Source: the human T2T-CHM13v2.0 reference genome, Homo sapiens. Taken from it: a stretch of 64,000 bases of DNA. The stretch is taken from NCBI RefSeq assembly GCF_009914755.1, contig NC_060935.1. The stretch is one strand, 5' to 3'. Below, one piece after another: positions 40,127-50,524 of the stretch; the stretch's first letter is position 1; each line of letters starts with the position of its first letter. A program made the position numbers and the translations under genes. A model generated the notes under the pieces. That model had not been told where the DNA came from and did not search any database. It saw nothing but the letters and a program-made list of their open reading frames with translations.

Positions 40127-40829
40127 TGATAATCATAGAAGTATAACTAATTTCCTAGGAGATGAAACCTTGAAAACTCCAAGAAAGAAACGTCAGACTT
40201 TGGGATGGAAGGAACGGGGTCAAGGGATTTTAGAAACAATGTGCGAATCTTTGTATGTTTTAGAATACTTTGTGAAACCGTGGATTATACAGTGCACATT
40301 GGAGTTCCTCAGGATAATGGACATTTATGACTGTCCTTGCAAACCCATCGCTCATCTCTGAAAAGACTTTGCAAGAACCCGACTGTCCCAGCTGTTCCCA
40401 GTCCCAGAAAAAGCAGCTTTATCTCAGATGTCTTGAGTCCTGCTTCCTCACAGTGGAGCTTCATTGGAGATGTTTAAAATTTGCCTGCTGATTCTCTTTC
40501 TTATTCTAAAGATTTTAATTGCTAGGAATTAAAAACACCCATGTAATACATATTCCATCTGAGAATCTGTTTTTCTGAACTTCCTGTACTGTAATCTTCA
40601 CAGAAAGATTGAACTATAAGATGAATGGGGATTTTGGCTGGGAGGAAGTCTGAGAGGGAGTGGGTGTGATGGCGGATTTTGGTGGGTTTGGAGAAGGTGC
40701 TTGACCCCGAATGCTGCTTTCCTAGAGACTTACGAAATAAACGTTAGCAGTGTAGGTACGCTGGGCAAGATAATATCTGTGAAATCTTATTCTGTTGTAG
40801 GTATCACCCCTAAAATTCACGATAGCCAT

Positions 40830-41030
40830 AGTTTATTGAACACCTACTATGCACCATGGACTTTGGATACATTGTCTATAATCCCTACAACAATCCCATC
40901 AAACAGGTGGTGTTCTCCCCATTTACAGATGAGGAGGCTGAGGTTCAGAAAGGTTAAGTACCTATCCCAGGCCACAGCACTAGCTGTGATGCCGGAATTT
41001 GAATCCAGACTCTTTTAACTTCAGAGTTAA
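40830..41030 (-). mobile_element. MIR SINE
   Basis: ccccatttacagatgaggaggctgaggttcagaaaggttaagt...atttgaatccagac. Confidence 0.8.
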
Positions 41031-44000
41031 TGATCTCCCTACTCAGTCTTCAATAGTTCACTATGAGCCAAGCTCATTTTTGGCATAACATTCTGGTTTT
41101 TTACCAGCCTCCTCTCTCCGGCTATGCTTTGTAATCTAGCTCACAGCTGTCCCCATATCAATACTCATTTCCCTGATGCCTCCACTGATGGAAGCAAAAC
41201 TCATAAACTTGTCTCTCTGTGATCCACTGGAGGGTGAGCAGTGACTGGCTTGCTGTCCATCCTGTCTGCTAGCAGTCAATCCACCAGGTTGTCAATTCAC
41301 CAACATTGGATAAATAGCTACTATGCACAAGACAGGGCTCTAGGCCACAGGGAGGTAGAAGCCTTTAAGATAGAGACTTCAGTCTTATGGAGACAAGCAA
41401 ATAAATACATTTACCACTTACCTGCACATGCTAAGTTGCATATTGGAAGCACGATGTTCTTTCCCAACGTGTCTTATATTTCAGAGGCTGCTGCAATATA
41501 TCAGAAAGGGCACATAATTTGGACACAAAATGCCTGGCTTTGAATCTTATTCTCCCACTCACCAGATTTGTGATGCTGAACAGATCCTTTTCCTTCTTTG
41601 AGTCTCAGGATCCTCATCTGGACCATGAAGATCAAGGACAGTCATCACACAACAACTCACAAGGAGTTGTGCCTCACTGTGTTGTGCCTCATAAGGGTTA
41701 CATGCCATAATTTGTGTGAATGGTCGGTGCAGTGTATGTATGGCACACAGTAGGTACTTTTAAAATGTTTATGGAACTGTGAGTCTTTGGTGCTTTACTA
41801 TTTTAAACCTTGCTGTTCCCAGACATCTCATGTGTGTTCCTGTGGCTGGCCTAGGCCTCTTGAACTTCCCTGAAATTCTCTCGCCCAGCCCACATTGCTA
41901 AGCTCTTCATGGTGAAGGACTGGCCAGGTTCCTACATTGCTTCTCAGCTGTCAGCTGGTCAGACCAGGAAAACTGTGGCCTCAGTTCGGAGGCAGAATCC
42001 CTCTGCCCTCTATTCATGGCCCAGGCTGCTCTGTGACCCTAGCCATGTGATATTTTTGTTCTTTGGCTAGAGTTTTGTAATCTGCCCCATTTGTGCAAAC
42101 ATTCCAGGAAGGAATTGTTTGTGTAGGCTCATAAATTTGTGGATGGTTTACATGTGAAGCCTGATTGCATGATAATCTCCTGGGGCGCAGTGTCCATTCC
42201 AGGATCCTCACCATGGTCATTGCTTTATTTTGGGCCCAGCTGTGTGGGTGCTGGTGGACTGATGCTGTGATGATTCTGTTCTGGTCTCCTTGGACTTGTT
42301 TTCTATACCCTCTCTGTGGCCTTTCATGATGGATAGTCCTGGGCCCACAGTTTTCTGTTTCTCAAGTCTTTTCAAGCAGAGATCACCATATCCTTGCCTC
42401 AGCTTTTGAATCCCAGTGGATGACTCCCAGATCTGCCCTGAAAGCCTAATCCTGCTTCCCTGCCAGAAAAATAATAACAAATATGAATCTGGTCCTTTTG
42501 CAAACATTCATTGAGTTCCTATTATGTGCTAGCCCTTGGGATTCAGGGAAATTCAGGGTGAACAATATAGGCAAAACTCCTGGACAGAAGCAATAAACAA
42601 GTAAGATAAATAAATAAATCATAAAGTTTCAGTTGGGGGGAATGAAACATCAAACCAAATGGTCAGGGAATAGAGTGATTGGGTTGATGGATTGTCTCAT
42701 AACTGATGACCCCTCTGGTTTGCCTGCTATGAGGAAAGTAAAGTAGGGTAAGTGGTGAAGGGGAGGGGAGGGAAATGGTCAGGAAGGCTTCTCTTGGGAC
42801 ATGACCTCTAAGCAGACCCTATATGCTGAGAAAGAGCTGGAAGATCAGGGGAAGAAGAAGCCAAATGTACCAGGAGGCCCTGAGATGGGAGTGGGCTTGG
42901 TCAGTGTTAGGAAAGGCTGCCATTTATTGTTCAATAACTACTTGCCAGGCAGTGTGCCTAGTTCTTAAATGCAGTATCTAATTGATCCTATGAGCTCAGT
43001 GATAACACTATCCCTTCCAATTACTCAAGAGGTAGGAGCTACTCTAATTCATTCCTGTCTTAAGAATGAAGAAGCTGAGAGGCAGAAAAGATAAATAATT
43101 TGCCCATAGGTATCCCAGGCCAAGTAAATGAGGGGCCCAGCATTTCATGGGAGTCACCGTACCCCAAAGCTTTCGTTCTCTAGTGATCATTGCTCACACT
43201 GCCTCCTGCTGCCCCGGTCTCTCATTCTGATTAAACCTCACCTCTGGCCTTCACTACCACTCACCTCCAAGGGGCACCCCTTCCCTGTCAGAGCCCCTCT
43301 GACCTGCCTCTGGCCTGTCCCCCTGCTTCACCCTTAGCTTCCATTCAGTTCTGTCTTAGTGTCTCACCTCTGTTCCTTCCCAGCTGCTGTTTCACCTGTT
43401 CCCAAAGCCCACAGCCTGGTTTCTACCACCCTGTCCACACACCTTTTCCAGAAGAATTGTCCTTACATATGACTTCATCATCACCCTCGAGTTAAACCCC
43501 CAGTGAGTTCTGATGCTCTCAGTTTCAAAGGAGATCAAGTATTTTAAACCTTATCAATGACACTGAGAATAATGTCCCCTTACATTGGAGGAGGATGTTG
43601 AAGTGGGCAAGACATTCACTGTTAATGTGTCCCTGTAAGTAGCAGGAACAGTGGGGTATGATTTTAAATTTGGGTGTTGCTAGTGGCACTGCTGTAGGAA
43701 AGTTATAGTTCTTTTAATGCCTGTTAGTCTGGTGTGGGGCAGTGGGGGAGGGGCAGGAACTGGGGGGGATGGATTTCATACTGTGTGTTGTAACAAACAC
43801 TGGAGTTAAATCTCAAGTGTGACTTTTCTTTTTGAGTTTGTTCTTCTCCAGTGTGTCTAGAATACTGACTGACAAATACTTAGGACAGTACCATGCACAT
43901 AGAAGATGCTAATATTCGTTCCCCTGCTGTGTCTCCACCCATCAGCTCAACTCGCAGGGATTAACCAGCTCTCCTGTATATGTGTTTATTTTAATGTGAC

Positions 44001-44332
44001 CATCACTGAGAAAATTATACTTAAATGAAGCTAAAAAATAAATAATGATTACAAATCATAGTAAAGGAAGGAATACATTAAACTCCTGACTAGAAGGCCT
44101 AGAGAATGGAGAGTTTGGATTAGTGGTTTCTAGGAACCAAGGATTAATCAGACTCTCCTTTTACTTTGATGATGGAGAATCAGACTTGAAAAGTAGTATG
44201 GAATAGTGGGTATGGGCATACACTTTGCCAGCTGCGTTCAAGTCCTGATTGTGCTCATTGCAAACTATTTGAGGCATGAATTAATCAATCCAAGCCTTGA
44301 TTTTCTCATCTGTAAAATGGATAGAATAACAG

Positions 44333-44827
44333 TTTATTTCAGGCATTTATTGCTATATAACAAACCACTCCAACACAATGACTTAACTCAGTTACATATA
44401 TTTTGTTCAGGAATATACAATTTGAGCAGGGCTCAGCAGGGTGATTTTTTTTTTTTTCTGCTTTTTGCTCCATTCAGCATCAGCTGAGGTGACTTGAAGC
44501 TGGAATCATCTGAAGGTTCTCTCACTAACATACTTGGTGGTTGATGCTGGCAGTCAGCTGGGCTACATGTGGCCTGTCCGTGTGGCCTGGCTTTCCTTAC
44601 AATGTGGTTGCTGGATCCAAGAGGGAGCATCCTGAGAGCACGAGCAAGCCAGGCAGAAAATGTACTGCCTTTTGTGACCTAGCCTCAGAAGTCACTCAGC
44701 ATCACTTCTCCAGCATTCTGTTCATTGGGAGTGAGTCTGGAAGGCTGGCCCATATAACGGGGAGGGATATTAGACTCTTGATGGGAAGGGTGGTAAATAA
44801 TTTGCAACCATGCTTAAAACTGCCACA
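44333..44827 (-). mobile_element. MLT1 (MLT1H-like) MaLR LTR, inserted in a MIR
   Basis: tattgctatataacaaaccactcc...cctagcctcagaagtcac...aaaactgccaca; MIR sequence on both sides. Confidence 0.8.
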
Positions 44828-46449
44828 TAGTTCCTACCTGGTCAGAGCTGTAGTGAGGTTCAAGTGTGATCTTGCAGTAAATCCAGGCATAGTGCTGGGC
44901 ACACAGTTACAAGAGCAGCCTTAGGAAGTATGTTATCTTTCTTATTTACAATTGAAGTGACTGAGACTCTGAGGTGATACGTGACTTGCTCAGATTCCCA
45001 GTGAGTGCCAGAGCAGGGATTTGAACTTGCTTATGGCCTCCCTATGGGTCTTCCAGAGGCTAGCAAACAGTACTGATGTCACTCAGCATTGTTGGTGCGT
45101 TGTTCCCTGGTGAAATATGCTATGCCACTGGTCACAGGCAGAGATCTGTGAATTGGATGATCTAACCCCTGCAGCCTAAAGTCATACTTCCCCCTTTCCC
45201 AGACTGTCCATCCCTCTTTTCTCTTTGAAAGAGGGCTTATGGGTTGATTACCTGGGGACTGTAATATTTTGCTTTGCACTGCCCATCCTGCCATGGGAAT
45301 GACACAGTAAGACCACCAGTTTCATTCTTCTCATGCTGTTGACCAGAAGGCCTCTGATAAAGGTGCCAGACAGGCCTTTATGCCATTGAGCCCAGTGCCT
45401 GCTGGGAGGCTTCTAAAATATGCTGGCTTGCTCTGGAAGCTTCTGTCCTCTACTTCAGCTGTTAAGTAAATTGGTCTGATCTGTAGCTTTAAAATACTTC
45501 CATCCCATTCTACTTGCTGTGCTCCATTGATTTAGAGGGGAAGCTGCGGATCCCTTTGTCTGTTGTAAAAGGCTTATAAAATATGAGCTATATCTGTACT
45601 ATGAAATTATATGTGTGACAATAAAATATATAGTTTTTGGAAACAAACAAACCTTGACAAAATGTGTTTTAATTTTGCAACAGAAATCGTATCAGCTGTC
45701 AAATTAAAATTTATTTTTCCTCCTTGAAATGAAAAGTACCTTTTGTAGACAAAAATCTAAGGAAAAAGACAATGTAATTGGACATACCTCTAGGCTTTTT
45801 AATTTGGATTTTCTTCTTTTTTCTCTCTCCTCTGTGCCTGGTTATTTTTCTTTCCTAGTAGCAATTTGCTAGCCTTAAATTTGAAATGTACTGGCTGCAG
45901 AGCCTTTTGGCTCCATATTATTACTTCTGTTCTAAAAAGAGATTTTATAACTTAAGGGTTTTTTTTTTTCTTTTTTTTTTTTTTTTTAGGTCAAATCTCA
46001 CTTCTAAAAGTGTGAAACTCATGTAGACTGTTGTATCAGAAACTTCTCTTTCCATTTGGAAACTGTAAACCTGGAACGTTTTCAGAGGCAGCAGTGTTGA
46101 AGACCTGCTTTACTTGGGGGAGGCAGTGAAGTGAGAAGTCAAAGGAAACATCATAGGTCTCTTCTGGAAGCTAAACTCTGAGCCATTCAGCATGGTTTCA
46201 TTCCCATGGATTGCATCATAGCCAGGAAAGTCACTGAGTCTCCTTAACATCCTGGATGCTTTTGGCCCAATGGTGTCTCATGATTTTACTGTTTAGGGAT
46301 AACTTTGGGTCCTGGGAAAGAGGGTATTTCCCAGTTTCTTTCTATTTCTCTTTTAGGTATAGACAGTACTTTTATAATGGGGAAAAAATGCTTTGATTTA
46401 AAAAGGAAAACCACAACTCCAAAAGAGACTGTTTCCAGGGTTGTTGGGC

Positions 46450-46900
46450 ATTCATTCACTCATTTGTTTCTTTAGCCAATATTTTCTGGACACTTACTAT
46501 ATTCCAGGCATACCCATGCTAGACTCTGGGCGCATAGTGGTCAATGTAAGGAGCCAAGACTCTGGCACACAATGGTCAATGTGAGGAGCGATGGCTCTTG
46601 TCTTCTCAGAGCTTAGAGTCTTGTGGGAGTGACAGCAGTAATGATAGGGCCTCACAGACATGGCACATTCAAACAGGGATATGATGACATGTCTAGTGGG
46701 GAAGGAAAGTCCCAGGCAAGAAGGTGAGATAAAACTTCCCCGAGCTGAAATCTGCAGGCAGAGTGAAGTTGATGAGTGAAACAGGAGAGAAGAGTATCTC
46801 AGGCAGAGGAAACAGTGTGGGTAAAACCCCAGTGAGGTGGGGAGTGGTGGCATGAGGGCCTGAAAGAGGTTCAAATGTGGCGGGGATTGAGGCCTCATCA
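46450..46900 (-). mobile_element. L2 LINE 3' region
   Basis: cattcattcactcatt tail; ctcaggcagaggaaacagtgtgggtaaaa. Confidence 0.65.
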
Positions 46901-49169
46901 CACCACACAGGGCTGCAGCGCATGTTCAGGAAGGATGTCCTTATCTGAAAACCAACCAAGGAATGGCTGAATGTAACCTGCAGTGTGTGTGGTTAACCAG
47001 TACATAATCCCGTAAAGCCCAAAATGCAGGAAGTCACTGAGCTGCTAAGCCTCGCTTGTCAGAGGCAGGCCTTTTTCAGTCTGTGAAATGGGAACATTAG
47101 CAGTGCCAATGACCTTCCAGGTGGGGACAGCTTTGGGTTCACACAGTATCTTGAAATCTTCTGGTGCTGTGCTTTGGGACCAATGAGGAAGAGTGAGACT
47201 GTGTTCCCATGGACATACCTGTGAGCATGTGCCCATGTGCATGTGTGAGGCCATGGCTACACCTGAGTGGGCGCATGCTGTGCGTGTTAGTGCATTCACA
47301 TTCCTGTTCATTGTCATGCAGATATTTGTCAGGGAGAGAAAGCCCCTCATTGGGCCCACACATCTGCTACCTTGGATAGCACTTGTTCCTCTTTGCCCCT
47401 ACATTTGTTCAGTGTGCATTTTGAAGGCCTCCTTTGTGCAGAGTGCTTGGGATGTAGAGAGGACTCTTGTTTCTGACAAAACTGCCCCAGTCAGAGCCTA
47501 GTCTGTGGAGAATGGCCAGACATGGTTGAGGCCACCATTGTACAGGGCAGTACCTGTAGCTTGTCTTTGCTCAGAAGCAGGTGCATCTGCCCAGGTCCTG
47601 ACCAAGGAGACATCATCTTTGCAGGAGTCTGAACCATGCAGGCGGCTGACAGACCTTCCCACTACTGTCCTCAGGGCAGAGGAAGCCCTCGGAGTGGACA
47701 GCGGCTGAGCCACTAAACTTGCTACCGGTTTCTGGATGTCTCTTGGGAGCAAACCAAGCACACTGATGGCTCTGGGATTGATTTCAGCCTCTGTCCTTGC
47801 CACTGGGCCTCTTCCCGCCTCCTTTCCTCATGGTCTCTGATCCTCTTTCCCCCTCTCCTCTGCCCCTTTACATGCTGAGCCCCTTTACTAGGGCTATGTG
47901 TAGACATGTTCCTTCAATTATAAGAGGTTCTCTCTGATTACCAGAGCTATCAAAAAGTAGACAGGATGCTATTCCTGTAGCAGAACTGAGTCTCTGTCCC
48001 AGCCTTGCACTTCCTTATGGAGTATAATCTAGGAGAGTTTTGAGTTGGCCTCAGGCAGGACTTGGGAATTTGCTCATCTTTACAATGGGTGATAATGCCT
48101 ACCTCCTGGGATTTTGTGAGCATTCACTGGGATAATGCATATGAAGTACCTAGAGCCCTGCTCAGCATGTCCCAATAAATCCCTAATAAATGATGATGGT
48201 TGTTGTGAATAACCAGTCTCAGCAGCTATGAAAATACAGAGGAGAGAGGATGTCTTTAAATCAGCAGAACAACTGGCATTTAGTAAGCACACCTAGTACT
48301 ACCACTGGCTAGCATTTGAGCACTTTGTAGCCAGTAGCTGTCTATACTATTATCCAAGATCGCATGGTGAGGAAGTACGGAGGCAGGATTCAAACCCAAG
48401 CAGGGGCCCAACATGATGTGTGAGACCAGGACTCAGCCCAGTGGTGTCTGTCTTAGGTTGGCGTTTAAAGTGTGACTAACATACAACCCATGAGGGTGTC
48501 TACACAGTGTGCATTTTCTGTGAAGAGGTACCACATTATTTAGAACGCCCTATCTGTGTCCTTCTGCTCTTGTCTGGGGCTCCCCTATGGCGGCCACACT
48601 ATGAGATCCATGAAGTCTGTTGCATCTCCAGAAGGAGCATGTGCTCTTTCTGTCCCCTGGCACCTCACTGGGTGGGGAGGTCTCAACAGTACGCTGGTTC
48701 TCGGGCCCTGCTCTCTGCCAGTGCATCCCTTCTTAGGTGTTCACTGATAAAGAGAACTTGGTGAACATTGATGGAGTGGTCCGTGGGGCCTCCAGTTCGT
48801 ATTTGGAGTGGGATCCAGATATTTGTGTGGCAGTGGATACTGTGGAATTTGATGCTTATTTAAACTCCCACAGAGCTCTCTAGTAATGTAGAATTTTCAC
48901 TTTCCAAAAGAATCCAAAAATACATGCTACCAGGCAAGGCATCCTTCATGACTGCTACATTTGGACTTAGATATGGTGGATTCCCTTAAAGTGAGGCTCA
49001 TGTGTATTCACCGGAAGCCTCTTCCTCTTTTTATGGGGACCACTGAGGAGTGAGGGTGTAATGAATGTATCTCTCCCTTGCAGTTCCCTGTGGCTCTGCC
49101 CTGGATGAAGCTTGTAAGGGACACGTGGTCTTGAGTCTGTTCTTCAGATATCATTGATAGAACCAGGGG

Positions 49170-49460
49170 TGGTTGGCATGGCCGGGAGAAAACCCAGAGG
49201 GCTATGGGGACTATTCTTAGCTGCTTAGAGGTCCCCATAAAAAGAGGGAACTGATGTGTTTAGGGCTGTCAAAAGGATTAAACTAGGGCTATGGGTAGGC
49301 ATTTTCCTTCAATTATAAGAGGGTTTCTCTGATCATTAGAACTATCTAAAAGTGGACAGGATGCTTCCAGAGGTAATGATCTCTTTCGGTTTTGGAGGGA
49401 CACGAGTCAGGACTGGGTGACCACTTAGCAGAGCTACTGTGTAGAGAATTGGATTCTCTG
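49170..49460 (+). mobile_element. L3/CR1 LINE 3' fragment
   Basis: caattataagagggtttctctgatcattagaactatctaaaagtggacagg...ggtaatgatctc...ctgggtgaccactt resembles the CR1/L3 ORF2 end. Confidence 0.6.
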
Positions 49461-49464
49461 GGGA

Positions 49465-49502
<38 letters not shown>
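49465..49502. repeat. (GT)11(GC)3(GT)5 compound microsatellite
   Basis: 38 bp of uninterrupted purine-pyrimidine alternation. Confidence 0.93.
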
Positions 49503-50110
49503 AGGGAATACTGTTCTTGTGTCTGCCTCCTGAAAGGGGCTGTAAACACCTCCTGTAGCTTATCAAACTGTCACAGTGGTTACCTCTGGTACATGTGTTT
49601 ATGGATAAGCTGGGTAGGGGAGGAGGTACATCATCTTTACATTTTATTATTATTTTTGCATGTATATTTAATTTGAATTTGTCACAACAAACAAGTATTG
49701 GTTTTATAATGAAATATAGGTTAAAATTGCACCTTGAATAAAAATGGCCTCTAAATTATATGTCACAGAGAAAAGATCAGCTCTTAAGAGACCTGGAGAC
49801 AAGCTTCAGCTTAGCTGCTCTCTTGCCACATGGCTGGGTGAGGTACGTCTCCCCTCTGGGTCTGAGTTTTCCCATCTGTAAACCGGGAGGACTGGACTAT
49901 ATATGCTAAGCATAAGCCCATACAGCTCTGAGACTGGCTGGGCTGCAGTAGGGGAGGGGAAAAGAGAAAAGGAGAAAGGGCAGCAGCAGTGCCTCTGTGT
50001 GATGGGAATAGGGATAGTAGCTGGCATCGCTGTATTCCAGAAGCCTTGATGCCAAGAGGGATGGCCTTTGGAGAAACAGACTGGGGAAATGGCACTGCTG
50101 GCTTCCCCCG

Positions 50111-50524
50111 CGTATTAGATCATTCTTGCATTGCTATAAAGAAATGCCTGAGACTGGGTAATTTATAAGAAAAGAGGTTTAATTGACTCAATACTGCAGG
50201 CTGTGTAGAAAGCATAACTGGCATCTGCTTCTGGGGAGGCCTCTGGAAACTGAAAATCATGGCGGAAGGCAAATTGGGAGCCTGAATGTCACATGGGGAA
50301 AGCAGGAGCAAGAGAGAGAGAGCAAGGTGCCACACAGTTTTAAACATCCAGATGTTGGAGAACGTACTCACTATTGCTAGGAGAGCAATGAGAGGATGGT
50401 GCGAATGCATTCATGAGCAATCAACCCCCTTGATCCAATCACCTCCCACCAGGCCCCACCTCCAATACTGGGGATTACATTTCAACATGAGATTTGGGCA
50501 GGGACACAGATCTGCATGACATCA
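50111..50524 (-). mobile_element. MSTA-like MaLR solo LTR
   Basis: gtattag...cattgctataaagaaatgcctgagactgggtaatttataagaaaagagg...catgagatttggg...atca; 5-bp TSD ccccg/ccctg. Confidence 0.9.
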
